From contig JBDRQI010000007.1 in NCBI GenBank assembly GCA_043826355.1, forward strand, positions 1-47,462: 47,462 nt of DNA, given 5' to 3'. The notes under the pieces were generated by a model. That model was not told the DNA's origin, searched no databases, and saw nothing but the letters and a program-made list of their open reading frames with translations. The translations under genes and the position numbers were made by a program. Numbering within the stretch: position 1 is the first letter of the stretch; each line of letters begins with the position of its first letter. Origin of the DNA: Candidatus Omnitrophota bacterium (GTDB lineage: Bacteria; Ratteibacteria; UBA8468; MWAK01). Positions 25,565 to 35,742 of this stretch are shown here, piece by piece.

Positions 25565-26776
25565 TCAAATAACCATGCGCTCCGGGACCACGACAATTCC
25601 GGTATCCGTAACCGTAAAACGCTTGCGGTCTTCGTCCGGGTTGTAACCGATCCGAAAATCCTCCGGGACCTTCACGTATTTATCAATAATGGCCTTCCGA
25701 ATTCTCGCGTGGCGGCCAACCTCTACGCCTTCCATAATAACCGAATCTTCGATCTTGCTGTAACTGTGAATAAAAACCCCCGAAGAGATGATGGAATGGA
25801 TAACCTCCGCGCCGCTCACAATGGAACCGGCGCCGATGAGGGAATCCAAAACCTGACCGCAACGGTCCGGGTCCCGAAAGACGGTCTTGGCCGGGGGCAA
25901 GGGTGGTTGGTAGGTCCGAATCGGCCAGGTTGGTTCGTAAAGGTCAAGCTGCGGCGTCACCGAAACAAGGTCCATGCTGGCTTCGTAGTATGCCTCTAAC
26001 GTTCCGACGTCCCGCCAGTACTTTCCTTTCCCTTCCCGCCAATCCTGAAAAGGAAAAACACAAACCGGCTGACCTTCCCGGATTAACCGCGGCAGGATGT
26101 CCCGGCCAAAATCATGGGAACTATCCTTTAACTTCGCATCGGCAATCACCTCCCGTACCAAAGCTTCGGTCTGAAAAAGATAGATTCCCATTGAAATCAA
26201 GGCCCGATTCGGAACGCCGGGTATGGACCTGGGCTCCTTCGGTTTTTCTTCAAAAGAAACAATCCGGCTGTCCCGGTCAATCTCCAGAACGCCGAAACGC
26301 TGGGCTTCTGAAATAGGAATATCCATAACCGCCACGGTTATTTCCGCATTTCTGGATTTGTGAAAATCGATCATCGGCCGATAGTCCATCTTGTAGATAT
26401 GGTCACCGGCCAGAATCAAGACCAGATTACTTCTCTCCCTCTCCAGAGTATAAATATTCTGAAAAATCGCATCCGCAGTTCCCCGGTACCAGTCGTCACT
26501 GATGCGCTGCTGGGCAGGCAGAATGGTGATGTGTTCACCCAATTCCGGACTTAAAATACTCCAACCCAGCCGGATGTGCCGGTCCAGAGAAATGGACTTG
26601 TATTGAGTAAGCACGAATATCCTTCGTAAGCCCGAATTGATGCAGTTGCTCAGGGGAAAATCGACGATTCGGTAATTACTGCCAAACGGCACCGCCGGTT
26701 TTACCCGGTCTTTGGTAAGCGGGTAGAGTCGTTCTCCTTTCCCGCCAGCCAGTAGAAAAACAAGCGTCTCAACCAT
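25565..26776 (-). CDS. glgC: Glucose-1-phosphate adenylyltransferase
   Basis: LAGGKGERLYPLT, KPAVPFG, WYRGTADA, GDHIYKMDY, FEEKP, YWRDVGT. Confidence 0.97.
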   Translation of the reverse strand: MVETLVFLLAGGKGERLYPLTKDRVKPAVPFGSNYRIVDFPLSNCINSGLRRIFVLTQYKSISLDRHIRLGWSILSPELGEHITILPAQQRISDDWYRGTADAIFQNIYTLERERSNLVLILAGDHIYKMDYRPMIDFHKSRNAEITVAVMDIPISEAQRFGVLEIDRDSRIVSFEEKPKEPRSIPGVPNRALISMGIYLFQTEALVREVIADAKLKDSSHDFGRDILPRLIREGQPVCVFPFQDWREGKGKYWRDVGTLEAYYEASMDLVSVTPQLDLYEPTWPIRTYQPPLPPAKTVFRDPDRCGQVLDSLIGAGSIVSGAEVIHSIISSGVFIHSYSKIEDSVIMEGVEVGRHARIRKAIIDKYVKVPEDFRIGYNPDEDRKRFTVTDTGIVVVPERMVI

Positions 26777-27134
26777 TTTTTTCTTTCTGGAATAAATTTT
26801 TGATCTTGGTCTTCAATTCGGTAATGTCCGGCGATTTCAAGATATAGGCGTCTGCGGCCCACGAAAGAAAGTTATCCCGGTAGGAATCAAAGGCGGTGTA
26901 AAGAATAACCGGCAGACCGGGCCTGAGAAAAAGCAACTTGCCGAGAACCTCCATTCCATCCATCTGGGGCATCCTGATATCCAACACCACCAGGTCAACC
27001 TTCTCTTTTTTCAGGCATTCAATCGCCTCCAGTCCGTCGGCAGCCGTCACGACCTGATAACCGTCATGCTCCAACTCTTTATGACAAACCAAACGCTGCG
27101 CCGCATCATCATCTACCAGAAGTATCCGTTCCAT
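26769..27134 (-). CDS. Single-domain response regulator
   Basis: ILLVDDD, LDIRMPQMDG, YTA; GGAGG SD before MERILL. Confidence 0.92.
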   Translation of the reverse strand: MERILLVDDDAAQRLVCHKELEHDGYQVVTAADGLEAIECLKKEKVDLVVLDIRMPQMDGMEVLGKLLFLRPGLPVILYTAFDSYRDNFLSWAADAYILKSPDITELKTKIKNLFQKEKNG

Positions 27135-27145
27135 ACAACCTCCTT

Positions 27146-28540
27146 TTACCATCTTTCCCTGGGCAAAAAAACGGTAAAAACGGCTCCTTCTCCTTTTCCC
27201 TTGCTTTCAACGGTAATTCGTCCGCCGGAAGTTTCAACAATCCGCCGGGCAAAAGCCAAACCAAGACCGTTGCCTCCGGAGCGGGTAGTAAAGAATGGTT
27301 CAAACACCCTTTCAATATTCTCTTTGGAAATGCCCACCCCGTTGTCGGTGATTATCAACCGGACAAAACGGTCGTCCCAGTCGCCGGTCAGAACGACCTT
27401 TCCGTCCGGAAACCCGGCAACGAAATAGATGCTGTTTTCAAGCACGTTGGTCAGGGCGTGTTTCAGCCACTCGGAATCCACCAGAACCATCGGGGTTTCC
27501 GGATTGAAACGTTCTTCAATGTTCGCGGGCGCCTGCCCCTCCACCGCCATATCTTTTACGATTTCCTCAACAACGCCTTCAATCAATTCCACCGGATGAC
27601 AAGATTCCTTTTTTTGTTCTCGTAAACCGGCAAACGCAAGGTTGCGGTTTACGAACCGGTTGAGCTGCATTGCCTTCTGGTAAATCAGGCCGCTTTGACT
27701 CTTAACGTCCCGGTTCTCTCCGCAACTGCGGCCGATAATCCTCGCCAGCCCGCCGATAACCGAAAGCGGTTCCCGAATTTCGTGACTGACGTAGGCAATC
27801 GCTTCTCCGATGGACGCCAGTCTTTCGCTGCCGAGCAGCCGTTGCCGCGTTTGATATAAATTATGATATGCGCCCTGCAGTTCTTCGAGTCGTTCGTTCA
27901 ATTCCCGGTTTATTTTTGTCCTTTCGATAATGTTGCCGGCGGCCAAAGCCAGAAACGCTATCCGTTGCGCCTGATGCTCGCTGACCTTTTGGCCGGAAAA
28001 AGCATTGCCGCCAATCAGGATGCCGGCGTTTTCATACCGGCCTGGTACCGGCGTAATAACCGATTGCGGACCGATAAAGACCGATTCCAAAACTTCCGGA
28101 ATCAGGCCTTTTCCATAAGGACGGGTTAAAAAATACGTTTCTCCGTTCCGTAAAACCCGGCTGCAGATATTGTCATCCCCAGCCGGAAGCGAAATTGAGA
28201 TTATCTTCTGATTGAAAGGGTCTCCGGTTCGAAAGTTAGGGTAATTGGAAAAAAGCTTGGACAAAGGCGGATTCTCCTGCGCCAGTCTGGACCAGATTAT
28301 GCCTGCTTCTTCGGCGCTGACCGGTCCGATGCCCATCTTTCCGGCCAGATTGCCTTTTTCATCGCGCAGAAAGAGTGCGGCCCTGGAAAAACTGAGCCCG
28401 CTTCCAGCCGTGACTGCGGTGAGCAGGATAAAAAAAAGTTCATCCGGGTCCGGCACAGAATATACCGCATCGGCCAGCACGTAAAAAAACCCCAATTCGT
28501 CGTTGGTTAAAAAGTTCTCCTTCTTGAGATGTACAACCAT
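27146..28540 (-). CDS. Sensor histidine kinase with N-terminal GAF-like domain
   Basis: H-box SHEIREPL, N-box NVLENS, DNGVGI, FEPFFTT, GNGLGL. Confidence 0.92.
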   Translation of the reverse strand: MVVHLKKENFLTNDELGFFYVLADAVYSVPDPDELFFILLTAVTAGSGLSFSRAALFLRDEKGNLAGKMGIGPVSAEEAGIIWSRLAQENPPLSKLFSNYPNFRTGDPFNQKIISISLPAGDDNICSRVLRNGETYFLTRPYGKGLIPEVLESVFIGPQSVITPVPGRYENAGILIGGNAFSGQKVSEHQAQRIAFLALAAGNIIERTKINRELNERLEELQGAYHNLYQTRQRLLGSERLASIGEAIAYVSHEIREPLSVIGGLARIIGRSCGENRDVKSQSGLIYQKAMQLNRFVNRNLAFAGLREQKKESCHPVELIEGVVEEIVKDMAVEGQAPANIEERFNPETPMVLVDSEWLKHALTNVLENSIYFVAGFPDGKVVLTGDWDDRFVRLIITDNGVGISKENIERVFEPFFTTRSGGNGLGLAFARRIVETSGGRITVESKGKGEGAVFTVFLPRERW

Positions 28541-28549
28541 CTTAGTACT

Positions 28550-29245
28550 TTAGATGTAAATTTCGACCCGGGCTTTTTCCCTCAACTGCTGATACCAGCT
28601 TTCAAAAAACTCCCTTGTTTTCTGATTTAAAATAACCTTGCGTAAATCTTCGTCCTTGACCGTGTCAAGCGTCAGAGAATATTTCTTCCGGTAATCAGCT
28701 AACTCCTGTTCGGTCACCTTAACCTGTGCTTCGCTGACCACCAGGTTCTGAAGTTTTTGCAAAGACAGATTTTTGCGAAGGTTATCCTCTATCTTTATCC
28801 ATTCTTCATCAGGCATACCGGCCACCATCTCCTGAAAACGCCTTTCGTCAAAATCACCCTTTTCGTCGCGGAAAGAAGGGTCTGCTCTCACCAGACCCAG
28901 AAGTTCCTTATCGGTAACCTTGATGCGCCGGCGCTTGATCTCCTGGAAAATTAAGGCCTGTCGAACCAGATCTTCCAGAACGGCTTTCTTAATCTTTTCC
29001 ATCTCTGCGCTATCTTCATCCGGCTCCGAATTGGAAAACTGGCGATATTGACTGAGAACATCATATAATCGGTTATGGAAATCATCTTGAGAAATAGCCT
29101 GCCGGTTTACCTTCGCCGCGAATGTTTTACGGGCGCTCTGCATCTCAGTCCCTACGCCCCAGATGACAAAAGAGGGAATAATAACTATCGCCAAACCCCA
29201 GAAAATCCTTTTAGCTACCTTCTTTTTACCTAGTATCCGTATCAT
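28550..29245 (-). CDS. SurA N-terminal domain protein (PpiD N-terminus-like chaperone)
   Basis: TM anchor, AKVNRQAIS, VTDKEL, F....G.FD..RF pattern; no rotamase domain evident. Confidence 0.75.
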   Translation of the reverse strand: MIRILGKKKVAKRIFWGLAIVIIPSFVIWGVGTEMQSARKTFAAKVNRQAISQDDFHNRLYDVLSQYRQFSNSEPDEDSAEMEKIKKAVLEDLVRQALIFQEIKRRRIKVTDKELLGLVRADPSFRDEKGDFDERRFQEMVAGMPDEEWIKIEDNLRKNLSLQKLQNLVVSEAQVKVTEQELADYRKKYSLTLDTVKDEDLRKVILNQKTREFFESWYQQLREKARVEIYI

Positions 29246-29930
29246 TGCGGTCTCCTCTTAAAATAATGATAAATTCGCCCTTGACGCTTCCCTGAATAAA
29301 ATAATCGCTCAGTTCTGACAGCGGCCCCAATTTAATCTCCTCAAACTTCTTGGTCAGTTCCCGGCAGACCGTTGCTTCACGGTCGCCGACCGTATCAAGA
29401 ATGTCACGCAGCGTTTTAACCAGGCGGTATGGCGACTCATAAATTACGCTGGTCATTTCCCGGCTCTTTAACTCTTCCAGTATCTTCCTTCGCTTGGAAG
29501 GCCGGCGCGGCAGAAAACCAAAGAAAGCGAACCGGTCGGTCGGCACCCCGCTAACCGAAAGGGATGCGACCAGCGAACTTGGACCGGGGACCGGGATCAC
29601 GCGTATGCCATTTTGTAAAGCCGCCCGGACCAGAAGATAGGCCGGGTCAGAAATTCCGGGGGTCCCGCGGGTGGAGACCAGGGCGACGCTCGCTCCCTTC
29701 TCCAGCAACTGAAGAAGCGCGCCAACCCGGCGCGCCTCGTTATCACGAAAATAGCTTACCAAACGATTCTTCGCCTTCAACTGAAAAAAGGAGAAGAGTT
29801 TTTGGGCTTCCCTGGTATCTTCGGCGGCAACCCAATCCGCTTCCTCCAGGACCTTCAGCGCCCGAAGGGTGATGTCCTGGAGATTTCCAATTGGCGTAGC
29901 CACCACGTAAAGCACGCCTGTTTCCAACAT
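29226..29930 (-). CDS. rsmI: 16S rRNA (cytidine1402-2'-O)-methyltransferase
   Basis: LYVVATPIGNL, AAEDTR, GTPGISDP, YESPYRL, RELTKKFEE, KGEF. Confidence 0.95.
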   Translation of the reverse strand: MLETGVLYVVATPIGNLQDITLRALKVLEEADWVAAEDTREAQKLFSFFQLKAKNRLVSYFRDNEARRVGALLQLLEKGASVALVSTRGTPGISDPAYLLVRAALQNGIRVIPVPGPSSLVASLSVSGVPTDRFAFFGFLPRRPSKRRKILEELKSREMTSVIYESPYRLVKTLRDILDTVGDREATVCRELTKKFEEIKLGPLSELSDYFIQGSVKGEFIIILRGDRNDTDTR

Positions 29931-29986
29931 CGTAGATACATTATACCGCAAAACCGACTTATGATAAAATATAGCGGAGGATAAAA

Positions 29987-31189
29987 ATGGAAGACAAATT
30001 GCTAAAAGAAATAATTTCCCAAAATGGGACCAAGATTGTGCTGGTGGTAGCCGACGGATTAGGCGGACTGCCAGATGTGGAAACCGGCTTAACCGAGTTG
30101 GAAACCGCTCGCACCCCGAACCTTGACCGGCTCGCCAAATGCGGTTCCGCCGGCCTGTCCGTACCGATCGGTTACGGCGTGACGCCGGGCAGCGGGCCCA
30201 GCCACCTGGCGCTCTTCGGCTACGAACCAATTCAAAACCTGATCGGCCGCGGAGTCCTGGAAGCAAGCGGAATTGATTTTAACCTGCAGCCGGAAGACCT
30301 GGCCGCGCGCGGAAACTTTGCCACTTTAAAAGACAATTTGATTGCTGACCGGAGAGCCGGCCGCATCTCCACGGAAGAGAACCAGCGGCTCTGCGCCATT
30401 TTAAGTAAAGAAATCAAGGAAATTGACGGCGTGAAAATAATTATCCGGACGGTGAAGGAACACCGGTTCGTGGTTATCTTCCGGGGAAAAGAGATGGCCG
30501 AAGGACTGTCGGAAAACGACCCGGAAAAGGAAGGGTTGGCTCCGCTCCGGATAGAATCATTGCGGAACGAAAGCCGTTTTGCCGCAGACATCGCCAACAA
30601 GTTTGTCTCCATGGTTACCGAAGTTCTGAAATCAGAGAAAGCCAACTACCCGCTCCTGCGCGGATTTGCCAAAAAACCCAACCTGCCCTCTTTTGACCAG
30701 AAATACTTTCTGCGCGCCGCCGCCGTCGCTTCCTACCCGATGTACCGGGGCCTGGCGCGACTGGCCGGAATGGAAGTCCTGTTGACCGGCGAAAAAATAG
30801 CCGACGAACTGAAGACCCTGAAGGAAAATTTCCAGGATTTTGACTTCTTCTACCTGCACATCAAAAAGACCGATTCCTACGGAGAGGACGGAAATTTTGC
30901 GGCCAAGGTGAAAGTAATTGAGGAGGTTGATTCGGCGGTAGGAGAGATTGAAAAGATGCAACCGGATGTGATCGCGGTCACCGCGGACCACTCCACGCCG
31001 GCGCTTTTGGGCGGCCACTCCTGGCACCCCAACCCGTTCCTGCTGGTATCCCGCTACGCAATGGCGGACAACCTGTCCGGATTCTCTGAAAGGGAGTGCC
31101 GCAAAGGGAGTTTCGGAGTCTTTCCCGCCACCGAGATTATGCCCCTGTTGTTGGCCCATTCCCTGCGGCTGAGGAAGTTCGGGGCTTAA
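29987..31189 (+). CDS. apgM: 2,3-bisphosphoglycerate-independent phosphoglycerate mutase (ApgM type)
   Basis: DGLGG, TPNLD, PGSGPSHLALFGY, DRRAGR, TADHSTP, HSWHP. Confidence 0.9.
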   Translation: MEDKLLKEIISQNGTKIVLVVADGLGGLPDVETGLTELETARTPNLDRLAKCGSAGLSVPIGYGVTPGSGPSHLALFGYEPIQNLIGRGVLEASGIDFNLQPEDLAARGNFATLKDNLIADRRAGRISTEENQRLCAILSKEIKEIDGVKIIIRTVKEHRFVVIFRGKEMAEGLSENDPEKEGLAPLRIESLRNESRFAADIANKFVSMVTEVLKSEKANYPLLRGFAKKPNLPSFDQKYFLRAAAVASYPMYRGLARLAGMEVLLTGEKIADELKTLKENFQDFDFFYLHIKKTDSYGEDGNFAAKVKVIEEVDSAVGEIEKMQPDVIAVTADHSTPALLGGHSWHPNPFLLVSRYAMADNLSGFSERECRKGSFGVFPATEIMPLLLAHSLRLRKFGA

Positions 31190-31202
31190 GGAGCTGTTAA
31201 TA

Positions 31203-32345
31203 TTAGCGATTGAGTCTCTTCCATACAGGTTCGAGTTCAACCAGTGATTTATCCCGGATAGCTTGGTCGATTGCCAGGGCAACAACAGCACTTTCCAATC
31301 CTTCGTCACCGCCGCATTTCGGTCTGGAATTCTTAACCATACATTCGTGTAATTCTTTCATAATGTAATTATCACCGCCGCCGTGTCCGTCTCCGGCAAA
31401 ATCCATTACGGTCAAGCCTTCATCGCCGATACAGCGGTATTTCAACTTGCTGGAATAAAGCTCCACGATCATGGTGCCTTCGGTGCAGGAAAAATACATT
31501 CTTCTTTCCGGAATCGCGTTGGCCATGGTTGCCTGGAACATTACCCTGATACCATTGCGGTATTCCATGATGGCCACCTGATTGTCCATCAGGTCTTTAT
31601 CGGAAGTAAACGGCGAGTCGACACGGTGAGGATCCGGCCAAGCCGCAAAAGTCTTTTCCCCGTATTTTTTCACATAATGCTGATTAGCCGAAACGAAGAA
31701 ATCAAGGCCGCCGAAAGCAGCGATACGTGAAGGTACCGAATTCGCAAACCAGTTGAACAGGTCCAGGTCGTGGCAGCACTTTTCCAGGATATGCGGCCCG
31801 GCGAATTTGGTCTGACGACGCCAGTTTGTCATGATATAACCACCATGGGCAGGGGTGATGTTTTCATTGGCGTCAATGCTCAGTATTTTGCCGAGTTTTC
31901 CGGATTCCAGAATTTCTTTTGCTTTGCGGTATATCGGAGCGTAGCGCAGCACAAATCCCGTAGCGAATATCAAGTTGGTTTTCTGGTGCGCCTCATAAAT
32001 CGCCTGACAGTCTTCAATAGAAGTAGCCAGTGGCTTTTCCGAAAACACATGCTTGCCTGCCTCAAAACCGGCAATAATATGTTTTTTGTGATAAGCGTTC
32101 GGGGAAAATACCAGCACCCAGTCAACGCCAGAGGTCTTAATCGCTTCCTGATAAGTGTCACAGATTTTCACTTCCTGGTTTTTCCAGTAATCCAGCGCGG
32201 ACCGCGCGACCGCTTTATCCGGATCGTAAACCGAACTAACTTTTACCTGGCGTTTTGAATCATTCAAAAGAGTTAAGGTTACGCCCTGCCCCCTGCCGCC
32301 GGCTCCAATTACCGCAACTCCGATTTGTTTCGTTTTTGTTGACAT
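31203..32345 (-). CDS. Gfo/Idh/MocA family oxidoreductase
   Basis: VIGAGGRG, SEKP, EKCCHDLD, GHGGGD. Confidence 0.9.
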   Translation of the reverse strand: MSTKTKQIGVAVIGAGGRGQGVTLTLLNDSKRQVKVSSVYDPDKAVARSALDYWKNQEVKICDTYQEAIKTSGVDWVLVFSPNAYHKKHIIAGFEAGKHVFSEKPLATSIEDCQAIYEAHQKTNLIFATGFVLRYAPIYRKAKEILESGKLGKILSIDANENITPAHGGYIMTNWRRQTKFAGPHILEKCCHDLDLFNWFANSVPSRIAAFGGLDFFVSANQHYVKKYGEKTFAAWPDPHRVDSPFTSDKDLMDNQVAIMEYRNGIRVMFQATMANAIPERRMYFSCTEGTMIVELYSSKLKYRCIGDEGLTVMDFAGDGHGGGDNYIMKELHECMVKNSRPKCGGDEGLESAVVALAIDQAIRDKSLVELEPVWKRLNR

Positions 32346-32350
32346 TTTAT

Positions 32351-33823
32351 TTAAGGCAGGGATTCTATTTTCCGGACGGCGGAGAGCCAGGCATCGCGGT
32401 TCTTCGGATAATAGGTAACCAGCGGAAAGGAATTGCGGATGATTTCACGGCCTTCGGCAATCGAGCCGATTTCGCCGGTCGCCAGGGCCTGGGTGATAAT
32501 GTTGCCGGCTGCAGTCGCCTCCACCGGCCCGGCCACCACCGTAACGCCGGTTGCGTCCGCGGTAAACTGGTTGAGCAATTGGTTCTGGGAACCGCCGCCG
32601 ACAACATGCAGAACTTCCACTTCCCCCCTCTCCGGAAAAAGCCGGTTAATCTCCCGGATAACCTCTCTGTAACGCAGGGCGAGACTCTCCAGGATAATGC
32701 GGACAAATTGCGCTTTAGTCTCCGGCGTCTTCTGACCGGTCCTTTCGCAAAAACGGACAATGGCGGCCGGCATATCCTCCGGTGCCAGGAAAGAGGGGTC
32801 GTCCGGATTAATGACCGTCAGGAAAGGCGGCGCGGATTCCGCCATCTTAGTCAAATCCGCGTAGTCCAATTTCTCGCCCTCCTTTAGCCACGTGCGGCGG
32901 CATTCCTGAATCAGCCATAAGCCGGTTACGTTCCGCAGGAAACGAATGGTTTTGCCTACTCCGCCCTCATTGGTAAAACCGGCTTTTCTGGTCGCCTCGT
33001 TTATCAAGGGACTTTCCAATTCCACGCCTAACAGAGACCAGGTTCCGGAAGAGAGGTAAGCAAAACGTCCGCCCTTTTGGGCCGGGCAGCCCACCACGGC
33101 GGCAGCAGTGTCGTGGCTGGCTCCGGCAATCACCGGCACCCGCCCCAACCCGAACTCTTCCGTCACCTTATCCCGCAGGTTTCCGATTATGGTTCCGGAA
33201 GAAGCAACTGAAGGCATCACCTGAATCGGCAGGGATAATTTATCAAAGATGGGTTTTACCCATTGGCCGGTTCCCGGATGCAGTAATTGAGAGGTGGTCG
33301 CCAGAGTGTATTCCTGCGCCTTTTCCCCGGAGAGAAAAAAATGAAAAAGGTCTGCGGTCATCAGACAGGTCTGGCTGACGGAAAAGAACGGCGAACCGGA
33401 AAGGACCATGGCATACATCTGGAAAATGGTATTTAACTGCATGAACTGAATACCGGTCAGACGATAGATTTCTTCCGGCGGAATCTTTTTAAAAACCTTC
33501 TCCATTATTCCGTCGGTCCGGTGGTCACGGTAGTGATAGGGATTCCCAAGCAGGCTGTCGTTCTTATCCAGCAGCGCAAAATCAACCCCCCAGGAATCGC
33601 AACTGACACCGGCTAATTCCCGGCCGTATTTTTGGCGGTAAACGGAAAGAGAACCTTTTATTTCGGAAAAAAGGTAGGGGGTATCCCAGTGCAGTCCGTC
33701 CGGCAGTAAAACAGAACGGTTGAGAAACCGGTGCAAAACTTCCAGATTCAACCGGCCGTTTTCCAACCGTCCCAGCACTGTCCGGCCGCTCTCCGCACCC
33801 AGGTCGAAGGCAAGGTAATTCAT
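32351..33823 (-). CDS. rhaB: Rhamnulokinase-like FGGY sugar kinase
   Basis: AFDLGAESGR, DSWGVDF, SHDTA, SSGTWSLLG, GGGSQN, GPVEATA. The exact substrate is not certain. Confidence 0.85.
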   Translation of the reverse strand: MNYLAFDLGAESGRTVLGRLENGRLNLEVLHRFLNRSVLLPDGLHWDTPYLFSEIKGSLSVYRQKYGRELAGVSCDSWGVDFALLDKNDSLLGNPYHYRDHRTDGIMEKVFKKIPPEEIYRLTGIQFMQLNTIFQMYAMVLSGSPFFSVSQTCLMTADLFHFFLSGEKAQEYTLATTSQLLHPGTGQWVKPIFDKLSLPIQVMPSVASSGTIIGNLRDKVTEEFGLGRVPVIAGASHDTAAAVVGCPAQKGGRFAYLSSGTWSLLGVELESPLINEATRKAGFTNEGGVGKTIRFLRNVTGLWLIQECRRTWLKEGEKLDYADLTKMAESAPPFLTVINPDDPSFLAPEDMPAAIVRFCERTGQKTPETKAQFVRIILESLALRYREVIREINRLFPERGEVEVLHVVGGGSQNQLLNQFTADATGVTVVAGPVEATAAGNIITQALATGEIGSIAEGREIIRNSFPLVTYYPKNRDAWLSAVRKIESLP

Positions 33824-33869
33824 TATTTTATTATACAATAAACAGGGCGGAATTGAAAAATAACGATTA

Positions 33870-33878
33870 TGGTATAAT
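33870..33878 (+). promoter_or_regulatory. Extended -10 promoter for the CBS/permease operon
   Basis: TG-G-TATAAT, about 65 nt upstream of ATG 33943. Confidence 0.55.
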
Positions 33879-33942
33879 ACACAATGGACAAGGGTGCAAC
33901 CCCTCAAACCGATCAAGGGTCTGCAACATAATACCCGGGCCG

Positions 33943-34392
33943 ATGAAGAAGATAAAAGATGTAATGAACAAAGAAGTTCCGCTGCTGCGCCGCGACACCG
34001 CTTTTTCTGAAGTTTTAAAGATTTTTGCCGGTTCAACTTATAATACCCTTCCGGTTATTGACGAAAAAGGCCGCCTGATAGGCCTGGTAAATTTGAAACA
34101 TGTTTTGCCGAACCTCTTTTTGCCGAAAGAGGAGGTAGAATTACTCGAAAAACTCCCTTTCTTTGCCGATTTCTTCACCGGGAGCTCTGAAACTATTGAG
34201 AACCTGAAAAATCTTTTAATCGTGTCCGACATCATGCAGGAAAAAGCGCTCGCGATAACCGAAGAATCTTCTTTGGTCAAGGCGGTTATCCTGATGAAGG
34301 AAAGGGATGTCCACCAGTTAATCGTCATTGATAAAGAGGACCGGCCCGCCGGTCTTGTAAGCTACAACGATATCTGCCGCAGCCTTCTTTAG
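33943..34392 (+). CDS. CBS-pair domain protein
   Basis: IKDVM, LPVIDEKGRLIGLV, VSDIM, LIVID..GLVSYNDI. Confidence 0.88.
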   Translation: MKKIKDVMNKEVPLLRRDTAFSEVLKIFAGSTYNTLPVIDEKGRLIGLVNLKHVLPNLFLPKEEVELLEKLPFFADFFTGSSETIENLKNLLIVSDIMQEKALAITEESSLVKAVILMKERDVHQLIVIDKEDRPAGLVSYNDICRSLL

Positions 34393-34415
34393 TCAGGGGT
34401 TACCTCTAAATACAC

Positions 34416-35720
34416 ATGGTTAAACCGGAAATCATTGCGCTCTCTATTTTTCTTATATCTTATGCCCTGATCGGCCTGGAAAAAATCCCCCGGCTCTATA
34501 CTGCGGTTTTTGGCGCTCTCTTGCTCATCTTTTTCCGGGTCTTTACTTTTAAAGAAGCCGCCGGTTACATAGACCTGCAAACTATCGGATTTCTCTTTGG
34601 AATATTCCTGCTGATCAAGACCCTGGCCGAATCAGGGTTTTTTAACTATCTGGCTCTGAAGGTCGGGCAGAGATTAAATTACAGCCCCTTGAAAATCCTT
34701 GTTTTTTTTCCGATGCTGGCCTGGTTTCTTTCCTCTTTTATGGATTCTATTACGGTCCTTGTCTTTATGTCCGCCCTCACCTATGCCCTGAGCAAAATTC
34801 TGAAGTTTGACCCTGTTCCCGTGATTGTGGCAGAAGTATGCCTGGCCAACATCGGCGGCTCCGGAACGTTAATGGGCGACCCGCCCAACATAATCCTGGG
34901 TGCCATGTTCAACCTTGGCTTTACTAAATTTATCACCCACAACGGCCCGATAAGTTTTTTGGCTTCGTTGAGCGCCCTGCTCGTAATCTACCTGATGAAC
35001 CGGAAGAAGTTCACCCTGTTCAACGAAACCCTGAAAAAAGAAGAGTTGAAGAAACTTTCCCCGGAAGCGGCCATTACGGATAAACCGCTTCTTAAGATTG
35101 GCTTGTGGGGGCTGGGCGCCACCGTTTTTTTGCTGGTAGGCCGGGACTTTCTCCACAAAATCCTGCCCATGGAACTGGCTTTAACCTCTTTACTCCCGGC
35201 CTTTACAATCTTAACCTTAAGGGGCAGACACCCCAGGTTAAAAGATATTATTTATAAGATTGACCTGGAGACCATCCTGTTTTTTATCGGACTCTTTGTA
35301 ATTGTAGGAAGCCTGGAGAAGACCGGACTGATACAGAAAGTAGGTCAATCTTTGTTTGGTCTTGCCCGGCGGCCCTACGGGCTGATATCTCTTATCTTCT
35401 GGGGCGGGGTCTCTTCCAGCGCGTTCGTTGACAACGTGCCGATGGCAATGTCATTCGGCTACCTAATCCGGTCGTTACACGCCCTCTCCGCTTTTCCCAT
35501 TAGAATATTGGTCTGGACGGCGAGCCTCGGCCTGGATATTGGCGGGAACCTTACTCCAATTGGCGCCAGCGCCAATATTGTGGCTTATTCCTTTTTGCGA
35601 AAGGAGGGCGTACGCCTGAACTGGTATGTCTGGTTTTTATATTCCTTTTTGCCTACGATATCCGCCTTAATCGTCTGCCATCTTCTTCTTCTGCTAAAAT
35701 ATAAGGTCGGTTTTTACTGA
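34416..35720 (+). CDS. SLC13/ArsB/NhaD-like (IT superfamily) permease
   Basis: SSFMDS, ANIGGSGTLMGDPPN, SAFVDNVP, GGNLTPIGASANI; many TM helices. Confidence 0.88.
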   Translation: MVKPEIIALSIFLISYALIGLEKIPRLYTAVFGALLLIFFRVFTFKEAAGYIDLQTIGFLFGIFLLIKTLAESGFFNYLALKVGQRLNYSPLKILVFFPMLAWFLSSFMDSITVLVFMSALTYALSKILKFDPVPVIVAEVCLANIGGSGTLMGDPPNIILGAMFNLGFTKFITHNGPISFLASLSALLVIYLMNRKKFTLFNETLKKEELKKLSPEAAITDKPLLKIGLWGLGATVFLLVGRDFLHKILPMELALTSLLPAFTILTLRGRHPRLKDIIYKIDLETILFFIGLFVIVGSLEKTGLIQKVGQSLFGLARRPYGLISLIFWGGVSSSAFVDNVPMAMSFGYLIRSLHALSAFPIRILVWTASLGLDIGGNLTPIGASANIVAYSFLRKEGVRLNWYVWFLYSFLPTISALIVCHLLLLLKYKVGFY

Positions 35721-35742
35721 TTAAAACGATACCCTATCCGTT

